A stretch of 64,000 nt of DNA. Source: an uncultured Spirochaetota bacterium. Lineage in GTDB: Bacteria; Spirochaetota; Spirochaetia; SZUA-6; Fen-1364. The notes under the pieces were generated by a model, which made no database searches, was not told where the DNA came from, and worked only from the letters and a program-made list of their open reading frames with translations. The position numbers and the translations under genes are program-made. The stretch spans positions 1 to 64,000 of the forward strand of contig CAWGAA010000002.1 of assembly GCA_963820525.1 (NCBI GenBank), written 5' to 3'. Shown piece after piece: positions 55,679 to 64,000 of the stretch (within the stretch, counting starts at the first letter, position 1; each line of letters opens with the position of its first letter).

Positions 55679-56752
55679 CTAGTGCACCTTGCGGATACGC
55701 TGGTTCTGCGCGTCTACAAAATAAACGTCGCCCGCGGAGTCAACCGCAACACCACCTAGCGTGGAAAGCTTGGCAGAAAGCGCAGGTATGTTGTCTCCAT
55801 TGTAGCCATAGTCGCCGTTGCCCGCTACGGTCGTAATGGTGCCGGCAGTGCTCACTTTGCGGATGCGCCCATTATTCGCATCTGCGAAGTAGACGTTCCC
55901 TCCGGAATCCACCGCAAGACCAACAGGATCCGAAATCTCAGCGGAGGTAGCAGGTCCCCCTTCGGCCAGTCCGTTTGATCCGCCACCAGCCACGGTCGTA
56001 ATGACGCCTGCGGTGTCGACCTTGCGGATGCGGTCGTTGCTTTCATCGTCGATGTAGATATTGCCCTCAGAATCCACCGCAACGCAGCTAGGAGAGCCAA
56101 GCTCTGCGGAAGTAGCGGGCCCTCCGTCCCCGCTAAAGCCTTTGGTTCCGTTGCCTGCCACAGTGCTAATGATGCCCGACGTGCTCACCTTGCGGATGCG
56201 ATTGTTCTCAGCGTCAGCTATATAGATATTGCCTGCGGAGTCCAGCGCAACACCACGCGTGAAACCAAGCTCGGCGGAGGTAGCAGGCCCTCCGTCCCCG
56301 CTAAAGCCTTTGGTTCCGTTGCCTGCCACAGTGCTAATGATGCCCGAGGTGCTCACCTTGCGGACACGATAGTTTCTTCCGTCTGCAATATAGAGGTTTC
56401 CCGAGGGATCAAGGGCAACGCCCCATGGGTAGAGCTCAGCCGAGGTAGCAGCACCCCCGTCACCGCTAAAGCCTTCGGTTCCTTTGCCTGCGACCGTCGT
56501 AATGATGCCCGATATACTCACCTTGCGAATTCTCCAGTTGTTAGTGTCAGCAATGTAGAGGTTCCCCGATGGATCAACTGCAAGGCCATGAGAGTCGAAA
56601 ATCTGAGCAGAGGTTGCAGGCCCTCCGTCACCACTGAAGCCTCTTTTTCCGTTGCCTGCTACGGTCGTTATAGTGGGACTGTCTGGAAAAGCTGCAAGAA
56701 GGACAATGGAAAGCAAGAACCCGGAAACAAGCAGAGTCTTTGCGGTCTTCAT
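55679..56752 (-). CDS. Secreted NHL-repeat beta-propeller protein
   Basis: Signal peptide plus six repeats of ITTVAGNG..GFSGDGGPATSA....GVAVD..GN.YIAD..N.RIRKV. Confidence 0.92.
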   Translation of the reverse strand: MKTAKTLLVSGFLLSIVLLAAFPDSPTITTVAGNGKRGFSGDGGPATSAQIFDSHGLAVDPSGNLYIADTNNWRIRKVSISGIITTVAGKGTEGFSGDGGAATSAELYPWGVALDPSGNLYIADGRNYRVRKVSTSGIISTVAGNGTKGFSGDGGPATSAELGFTRGVALDSAGNIYIADAENNRIRKVSTSGIISTVAGNGTKGFSGDGGPATSAELGSPSCVAVDSEGNIYIDDESNDRIRKVDTAGVITTVAGGGSNGLAEGGPATSAEISDPVGLAVDSGGNVYFADANNGRIRKVSTAGTITTVAGNGDYGYNGDNIPALSAKLSTLGGVAVDSAGDVYFVDAQNQRIRKVH

Positions 56753-57102
56753 GAACTTCCTCCTTCGGACCTCTCTCTATTGGCGCCGATAGAAGAACAG
56801 GCTGCCTGGCAGGCCATTGGAAAATAGCCAAAGCTTCCCACTTATTTTAGCACCAAAGGCAATGAAGTCAAGAGCGAAGTGCTCCCCACTGCTGCTGAAT
56901 GGCAGGAGTGAAGATCACCGTGCCTCCACTGGCTGAGCGCCGTCTCACGATCACGAGATGATACACGTCCAAGGTTGCCAACCCCTTGATGCTTCACAAG
57001 AACTGCTCAAACCTTTTCCAGTCATTCTCTTATTTGAGGGCGCATTTACATCGCGCCATCTGATCTGACAGCCTGAAACGGTGGCGCATGTGGAGCCTCA
57101 TT

Positions 57103-58784
57103 TGATGACGCCCACAAGGCAAGCGCGGCGTTTCTGGGGCCGTTGGCTCCCTGTGTGGCAGATCAGCTGGCCTTTGCTCTGGAGACGGCGTCACCCTGCA
57201 CCTATCGGCAGCGGGGCGCCAGTACGCTCCAAAGTTTATTTCAGAGGCACTTCGCCGAATTTTGCGCGCGCTACGAAGCGGACTACGCCCGCCGCCTGGG
57301 ACGGATCCGCCTGGAGAGGATCCGCAGGGTAGTCCGGCGTTTCCTGGACTGCGGGAACTACACCAGGGGCATGGCAAGGATCCAGTGCACGAATCCTAAC
57401 TGTAAGTCGGAGTACTTCCGGCCCTTCTCCTGCAAGACGTTCTATATCTGCCCGTCTTGTTCGCAGAAACGCACGCTGCTGTTCGCCGAGTACATGAACG
57501 AGCGGCTCATGCTTCGGTTGCCCCACAGGCAATTCGTCTTCACCCTGCCCAAGGTCCTGCGGGTGTTCTTCCGACATGACCGGCAGCTCCACGGTGAGAT
57601 CAGCCGACTCATTCATCGCCTCCTGCAAGACTTCTTCACGGTGGCCGCAGGCATGAGGATCCGTACCGGCGGTGTCATTGCATTTCAGACCTCAGGGGAG
57701 TTCGTGAGATGGAACCCGCACTGGCACGGGTTGTTCCTTGAAGGAGGCTTCGACCGCAACGGTCGATTCGTTCACATCCCCACGATGAACCTTGCGAAGA
57801 TGAGCGCCTGCTTCCGCCACAGAGTTGTGGAGTTCTTCCGCCAGCGACAGCTGTTGAACGAGCGCTTGGCAAAGAACATGCTGGAGTGGACCCACTCGGG
57901 ATTTAGTGTCGACGGCTCCGTCGGCATCCCCGCAGGCTCCCCGAAAGCGCGCGAAGCCCTCTCGCAGTACATCGCGCGGCCGCCTGTCTCGCTTAAGAAG
58001 CTTCTCGTGGAGGAGGGCGGCACAGACAGCGTCCTGTACTACACTGCTTACAACGACTATTTCCGAACAAACGCCAAGCTGTTCTCCGCCTCTGACTTCT
58101 TGGCCGAACTCCTCCAGCACCTCCCAGAGCCCCGCACGAGGTTGATCCGTGCCTACGGATTGTACTCCTCACGCGCTCGGGGTACGTGGCTGCGGATGCC
58201 CTACCTTGTACGTCTCGCCCCTGAGGGGTGGAAGCAGGATCATTCGCCTCCGCCTTCAGCTTGTGTCGGTGCCCCCGGCGAGCCCCAATCGGACTGTTCG
58301 GTCTCCGCGATGGAGTGCCGCTCCGCGTGGGCTCGCCTTATTGCGAAGGTCTACGAGGTCGATCCCTTGGTCTGTCTCAGCTGCGGCGCAGCGATGCGCG
58401 TCTTGGCCGTCATCACCGAGCCGCAGCAGGTCCTCAAGATCCTGCGCCACCTCGTGAAGATCGGTACGCCGCCACCCGGCTTAGACCCTGCTTCCCTCAA
58501 CTGACCCTTGTCTTCTTAGCAAGCCTGGGGCACCTATGAACAGTGTCGAGAGCCCATTTCTCGTCGTTCCCTTTTGCGGGACTAGTCTGGCTTTTCTTTA
58601 TGCCCGAAGGCCGCGTAGCCCCATCTGTTGGCCCATATTGTTTCCCATTCCTCATTCTCGGCCCGATATGTTCTTGCTGAAGATCACTCAACTTGCCTGT
58701 GATGGGTTGCAACCGCACTCCGGGCGAGCTCGTCCCGCCAGTCGCTTGCTATGCCCAGACAACACCCTTATAGTAGTTCCCATC
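57103..58784 (+). mobile_element. IS91/ISCR-like family A, longest copy (1682 bp) with intact 453-aa HUH transposase (57143..58504)
   Basis: Zn-binding CGNY..CTNPNC..SCKTFYICPSC, HRQFVFTLP, NPHWH, YIARPP; hairpin-prone left end; right end gttcccatc|GTTT; no target duplication. Confidence 0.94.
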
Positions 58785-59479
58785 GTTTGCGGACTGATGG
58801 TACCGTCGACCTCCACCACCATCAGCTCACACTCCTGCTGCGCTTTCTGGGCCGAGATCATCTGGTAGGGATTGTCCGTGATGCGCTCTCCGACCGCCTC
58901 GGTGTTGCGTTGCACCGCCGTGGCACTGACCCCGAAGCCCAACGCCTCGCTGAGCATTTCTGCCCCTCGCGCATAGGCTTCGCTCCCGCCGAAGCATGTC
59001 AGCAGATAGCTCATAAGCGGCGAATAGCCAAGGCAACGATCCAGCCCCAGCTTCTCCTCCAGAGGACTCCATCCGCCCTCCCCGTCGCGGAACTTGTAGC
59101 ATCGACGCGGCAGCACCATCGTGGCTCCAAAGCGAGTACGAAACCGCAGATTGCGCATACCCGAATACACAGCCGTGCGCTCGCCGACCCGAACGCCATT
59201 CTCTTGTGTGGGCTCTTTCAAACCTGAAAGTGACCTCCCGTTCCAGGATTTGACCCAGTTCGTAGACGAAGCTCAGAATCCGCTGTTCAACCTGTTCAAG
59301 ATTGCACCTTCCCAGATTGAGCCCTTCGGACAGTTGCTTGACCAGCATCTGGCTGTGCGGTAGAACGTCAGTGATTTCCATGGCCTGTCTCCCCTCCCTA
59401 ACAAGGATTAAGCAAGGTGGAGATAGGCCATTTTCTTTAAAAACTCAATGCCAAAAAACCCGTTCTTGAAATCGCACCC
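58785..59479 (-). mobile_element. ISLre2-like transposase 5' part, frameshifted, truncated at the family A ori
   Basis: FRTRFG..RRCY..WSPLEEKLGL..YSP, LMVVEVDG; terminus GGGTGCGATT at 59479. Confidence 0.7.
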
Positions 59480-59617
59480 TTTCCAGATCCATCCTTGTGA
59501 GAGGCGAGGTAGCGGTGTATGATCAACCAGAGTCTAAGTAAGTTCCTCCGTTCCAACTCACTGCGTTGGCCTGGATCGAAGATGCGTGATCTATCCTTTA
59601 TGAAAGTGGAAAGAGCC

Positions 59618-62311
59618 ATGTTGAAGAGACTGTCCGTGATGCTTGTCGCCTCGCTCGTGGTCGGATTCCTCCTTAGCTGCAAGTCGGTCCCCGATCGAGT
59701 CAAAGAGTTGGCCGACAACTCTTATTTCCAAGAAGCCTCGACCGTCATCCAAAAGGAGCAGGAGGAACTCTCCAAGAATCCAGACTTGGGGAGAATACGA
59801 GAACTTGAACGTGCACAGAGCCTTCTCGAAGAGCGAGTCGCCGAACACTACGGCAAACAAGTCGAGGAATTGACCGCAGCGGGTAAGGTCAGAGAAGCAC
59901 TCAAAAGAGCTCAGGAGGCGTTTCAACTGTGTCCGTGGTCAGACAGGATCAAATCGACTCGACTCCGCTGCGAGGCGATTGTCAACAAGCTGGATGATCT
60001 CGAAAGAAAATGGATCGGACAAATCTCTTCAGGACAAGTAAGTCCCGACGAGTCGCATGAAGTCCTGAGCGATCTTGCGGCTGTTGTCCCCTCCCTGTCG
60101 GACTCTCCGAAATTGCATCAGCTTCGGGGAATCGCCACTCAGGCAGCGGTTGAGTTCTGGGGCGAGAAGTTGGCGGAAGAAAGGCTGCACCTCTCTCAGT
60201 CGGATGAGTCCCAGATGGAAACGGATCTCTGCGCGCTCCTTGGCAACCCCAGAAAGGCCACGGAGATTGCGAATGCTGTCCGAACCGTCGGGGATCTTGG
60301 CTCACGGGACTTCCCCAATCCTGACGTTCTTTCTGGCCTCGTTGATGTGCTCTATCTGGACAACACAGATCAGGTCTTTGACGGGAAGACTCAAGCAATC
60401 AAGAGGGTTCTCCAGGCGTCGTTCGAAGATTGGACGGCCAACGGCTTTGTGCAAAGCCTCGTGTCCGCAAGCGTGTCCTTCGATACCGTGAAGGAGGCGG
60501 AGTTCCTTCTCGAATCAGTACCTGGTCTGAAGGATGCAAGTTCTTACAAGCACGCGCTTGCTCTTGGGCACTTGAACCGCGCGAAGCAACTATTAAAGGG
60601 GGGAGTCTCAACCACGGTGGCGTTGCTGCACCTTCAGCGCTCGAAGTTCGTTGATTCCGATTCGAAAGATGCGGGCGATCTGGGGGCAACGGAGAGAAGC
60701 GCGCGGACTTACCTTTCGACTGTCAATTACCCTGACATCACGCTTTCCATGGACATCAACCCAGCTATTTCGTTGGACATCCAGGGCGTGATGTATGCAG
60801 CCTTTTCCAGCGCATTCTTGGGGCGCTCACAAGAGGACAGACCTTGGCACTTGGTGGACTCTGGGACGGGCGCTCAAGACGTATCCATCGTGATCGACAG
60901 CGCCGAGTTGGCTGTCCCAGAGCTGAGCAAGCTACCCCGTGTGAATTCGCAGTTTCTCTCCCATTACGAGACAGTTCCCAACCCCGCAAAAGAGTCGCTT
61001 CGGTTTCAACTCTCGTGGGAAAAGAGCCAAGTTGAAATGGCGGAGAGCGACTATGAGCGGGCGGTCTCATCGTACAACTGGGATCCAAGCGATTGGAACC
61101 TCAACAGGGTGAACTCTGCCTACACCCGCTACAAGTGGGCAATTTCGAGCTACAACTCCCTCGTGGATCAGTTCAACATGACGCCGTCCACTATCGAACA
61201 GCCCGTCTTTTTGCCTTACAGCTACTCGCAAGGGGATGTAAGATTCGGATGTCGGATATCCATCACGTGCAAGGTTGGTACGAAGGAATACCATTTCACG
61301 GGCGAGTCCATGGACAGGTCGTTCGTAAGGATAGGAACCAAGCCGACCGACACAAACCAATCCGCGCGGAGGGACGTTGGTCTGACGTTCTCCCCCACTT
61401 TCGAGAGATTTCTCGACCATATCAACGCGGCGTTGAGAAGCGTTTGCGACCAGATCGACCCTCTGCTACTGTCCTTGAATTACCCAAGTTATGCGACGCT
61501 GTCTCCTGACGAAACCGTCCTTCTCCAATGCTTGATGCATCCATGGGGCTTCAGCAAGTCATCGGTGCAACGCCCTGATCTGCCAGCGTGGGAGAAGGAC
61601 GCGCTTGCTCTTGTTTCGGTCGCTCAACTCCAGCTCAATTTACCGAAGATTGAGCTTGTCGCTGGTAGAGCGAAGCTCAAGGGGCCCCTATCCCCTGAGG
61701 CTGCGGCGAAAGCCCTTGGGCCGTTCGTTTGCCTCATCAAGTCAATCAAGGACCGTCAAGTGGTATCGACTGGTTCGGGCACCGTCATCGGGCCAAACGG
61801 CCTCGTCCTGACTTGCGCTCACATTCTGAACGCCCCTGATATCGAAATCGACCTCTCAGAAGGGAGGTACCAGGGCAGCTATCAGAGCGACATCGTCTTC
61901 GTCAACGAGAAGAGCGATGTTGCAGTCCTGCGTGCCAAACGACTCGCCAACAACGAATGGGCCTCTGTTCGATTGAAGGGTGGGACTGTGAAAGGAGAGC
62001 GGATCATCGCGATAGGCAACCCAGCCATTGGTCAGGAAGCCCTGAATGTTGGCGGCGTCTCAACTGGAGTCGTCTCGAATCCAAAGGTCGCAGCGTTTGG
62101 GCGGGACCAACTGGTGGGAGATATCACGGTTGCGTCTGGATCAAGCGGCGGCCCTTTGTTCAGCCTTGACAGCGGCGAGCTTGTTGGAATCGTCCAAGCG
62201 GTCACGCGGCCAGGTCTGGATGTGGAGGGGGTATCTTCATCTGGCTCATACTGCTTGGCAGCACCTGCGGACATGTTACCAAAGTGGCTGGGACTGCAAT
62301 ACAAGCATTAG
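59618..62311 (+). CDS. Large lipoprotein with C-terminal trypsin-like serine protease domain
   Basis: Lipobox LLSC; triad motifs LTCAHIL, SDVAVL, GSSGGPL. Confidence 0.88.
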   Translation: MLKRLSVMLVASLVVGFLLSCKSVPDRVKELADNSYFQEASTVIQKEQEELSKNPDLGRIRELERAQSLLEERVAEHYGKQVEELTAAGKVREALKRAQEAFQLCPWSDRIKSTRLRCEAIVNKLDDLERKWIGQISSGQVSPDESHEVLSDLAAVVPSLSDSPKLHQLRGIATQAAVEFWGEKLAEERLHLSQSDESQMETDLCALLGNPRKATEIANAVRTVGDLGSRDFPNPDVLSGLVDVLYLDNTDQVFDGKTQAIKRVLQASFEDWTANGFVQSLVSASVSFDTVKEAEFLLESVPGLKDASSYKHALALGHLNRAKQLLKGGVSTTVALLHLQRSKFVDSDSKDAGDLGATERSARTYLSTVNYPDITLSMDINPAISLDIQGVMYAAFSSAFLGRSQEDRPWHLVDSGTGAQDVSIVIDSAELAVPELSKLPRVNSQFLSHYETVPNPAKESLRFQLSWEKSQVEMAESDYERAVSSYNWDPSDWNLNRVNSAYTRYKWAISSYNSLVDQFNMTPSTIEQPVFLPYSYSQGDVRFGCRISITCKVGTKEYHFTGESMDRSFVRIGTKPTDTNQSARRDVGLTFSPTFERFLDHINAALRSVCDQIDPLLLSLNYPSYATLSPDETVLLQCLMHPWGFSKSSVQRPDLPAWEKDALALVSVAQLQLNLPKIELVAGRAKLKGPLSPEAAAKALGPFVCLIKSIKDRQVVSTGSGTVIGPNGLVLTCAHILNAPDIEIDLSEGRYQGSYQSDIVFVNEKSDVAVLRAKRLANNEWASVRLKGGTVKGERIIAIGNPAIGQEALNVGGVSTGVVSNPKVAAFGRDQLVGDITVASGSSGGPLFSLDSGELVGIVQAVTRPGLDVEGVSSSGSYCLAAPADMLPKWLGLQYKH

Positions 62312-62317
62312 GTCTGT

Positions 62318-62346
62318 CAGACAACACCCTTATAGTAGTTCCTATC
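62318..62346 (+). mobile_element. 29-bp ori-end fragment of family A
   Basis: cagacaacacccttatagtagttcctatc, 6 bp after the protease stop; followed by CTTT. Confidence 0.9.
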
Positions 62347-62700
62347 CTTTGCAGCTGCTGACACTATCGAAAAGCTCGATCTATCAGAGAAGGTAGTCTG
62401 GAGGGCGCAAGCTTCTGGAAGTGCTCCCCACTGCCGCTACCGTTCCCTGGCGGTCGATGAGTCAGGCAACGTCTTTCTGGTGGGATATGCAAACGGTCCC
62501 GGACCCTATGAGTTCGGGAACGAGGTTTCCCTCATTGGCACGCCGTACGGGGGAAAGCCTGTTCTGGTGAAGTATGACTCTTCGGGCAGAGCGCAATGGG
62601 CACGGGGCTTTGATTGCCAGACCGAAGCGTATCGATTCGTCGGGGTGGATGGCCAAGGGGGAGTTTACGTCGCAGGCGGGATTCGAGAGTATTGGACAGC
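62347..62700 (+). pseudogene. Fragment of a beta-propeller (SBBP-like) repeat protein
   Basis: SLAVDESGNVFLVG, LVKYDSSGRAQWAR, VGVDGQGGVYVAG; no start codon. Confidence 0.65.
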
Positions 62701-62817
62701 CAGACCCTGCTGCCAAGTTTTATTTTCGTTCGGCCGCAGGCGTTCGGTGGGGCGCCCCCTTGCTCTGCCCTGGATGCCGCCTTGTTGTGCGAGATTTATT
62801 AAGCATCCTTTCCGTTT

Positions 62818-64000
62818 CTACCACGGCCGCCCCTGGGTTGCGAGCTCCCGGTAGTCTCCGCCATCGACCTCAATAACCTGGAACGGCAAAACGGCATCAC
62901 GGCTTGTGATACCGTAGCCGTAGACGATGGTCCCAGGGTCTTTCACCTCGATGTCGTAGCGGATTTTGCATTTCTCGAGGTATGACTGAGCACCGCCGTA
63001 GGCCGCGAAGTGATCAATGGTGGAGTCATATATTTCGTAGGTGGCCTGACCGTCAACCCGTGGGTCAGCAAGGTTTGAGTTACGCACTACCAGGTGCACT
63101 CTGCCATAGGTCACCGGCCAGGAGCGCTGCAGTTTCGACTTGATGATTCGAAGACTCGATCCGTTGGCAGGGATGCTCCAGCTCCTGTCTGCGTAGTAGA
63201 CGCCATCGTCCTTCTCTGGATCGCCAAGGCCGTTGATCTCTGCGTCAATGTAGCCTGCGCCAAAGTAGCTGACGGCCCAACCCATTGAAAAGCCGCTAGG
63301 CGTGTCACGCACTATGGCGTTGCATCCGTTTGGCAGACTGATGTCGCGCTCAAAGATGTAGGAGTCTGCAATCGATACGGTCGTATTTGGCCAGATGCCG
63401 CTCAACTCCCAGTTATACCACCGACGCTTCTCCGGAAAGGTAATGTCAATGCTGCTGTTCTCCGGCGGGTAGATCTCAAGCCAGACATGATGAGCATCTG
63501 TTATCTGGACGTTCGAGTCGTAGACACCGCTCTGGAATGTAAACTTGATTGTGGAGAAGTTGACTGCTGAGAGATCGATCCGACCCTCCGCAGAGGTCCA
63601 AGGGTTGCCCACAAAATGGTCATAGATGACAGTGGCGCCGTCCTTGAATTCCCAGATCACCCAATACTGGTTTCCCGAGAAAGCGTAGCTGTCTTTTATG
63701 TCCAGGATGCCCCCGCTCTCTACCTCAAACCGACACTGTTGATGTTCGGTCTGGTCCCACAGCAGGAGAGAGTTTCTAATATGCAGGGTGCCGGCGATCT
63801 GGATGTTTGCTCGTGCAGTGGGCCGCACCCACACGATCTTGTTCTCGACCGTGACAACCTGGCCGGGCGCTACGGCAAACGTCTGGTCCCACACGATTTG
63901 CTCTCGCGTGTCTGACGCCTGTGGAGCCCATCCTCCCCTACTGTCGTCCCAGACCGGCATATCGGGCTCGCTGCCGTCAACCCAGCTGAAGACATCATCA
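62818..64000 (-). CDS. Uncharacterised protein homologous to the C-terminal domain of 46599..48533; 5' end outside the window
   Basis: Shared VDGS.P.MPVWD, SLLLW.QTE.QQ, SYAFS.NQ.W, DHFVG.PW, IWPNTT, SNL.DPR, IVYGYG, G.PW. Confidence 0.85.
   Translation of the reverse strand, partial: DDVFSWVDGSEPDMPVWDDSRGGWAPQASDTREQIVWDQTFAVAPGQVVTVENKIVWVRPTARANIQIAGTLHIRNSLLLWDQTEHQQCRFEVESGGILDIKDSYAFSGNQYWVIWEFKDGATVIYDHFVGNPWTSAEGRIDLSAVNFSTIKFTFQSGVYDSNVQITDAHHVWLEIYPPENSSIDITFPEKRRWYNWELSGIWPNTTVSIADSYIFERDISLPNGCNAIVRDTPSGFSMGWAVSYFGAGYIDAEINGLGDPEKDDGVYYADRSWSIPANGSSLRIIKSKLQRSWPVTYGRVHLVVRNSNLADPRVDGQATYEIYDSTIDHFAAYGGAQSYLEKCKIRYDIEVKDPGTIVYGYGITSRDAVLPFQVIEVDGGDYRELATQGRPW

Noticed and set aside
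55900..56660. Internal DNA repeats in the NHL gene as a non-coding repeat array or DGR template
   Set aside because: They are in-frame protein repeats; no reverse transcriptase in the window.
56876..62438. 20/21-bp match gaagtgctccccactgc.gct at 56876 and 62418
   Set aside because: Only two copies, one inside a coding fragment, no shared context; may be chance.

Overview
Highly mosaic, mobile-element-dense accessory region of a GC-rich bacterium. The gene styles suggest Spirochaetia, but this is inference only. It holds a sugar-acid catabolic block (1-5.7 kb), an RND efflux operon and a MacAB-TolC/two-component operon that share a sigma54 promoter plus enhancer, several decayed defence genes (SIR2, NucS-type, HNH with an attC site, E2/SEC-C), secreted proteins and many conventional IS. 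The dominant structure is 14 rolling-circle (IS91/ISCR-like) ori ends from four related families, at 10 loci, all on the + strand. Most are left-truncated to different lengths (from about 1.3 kb down to 11-30 bp), several are tandemly re-duplicated together with their target bases, and they punctuate unrelated, often truncated DNA segments. The main family carries an outward-facing sigma70 promoter at its very end. I propose this as a candidate rolling-circle gene-capture and expression array. All product calls come from motif recognition by eye; no database searches were run, and misassembly across repeats cannot be excluded.
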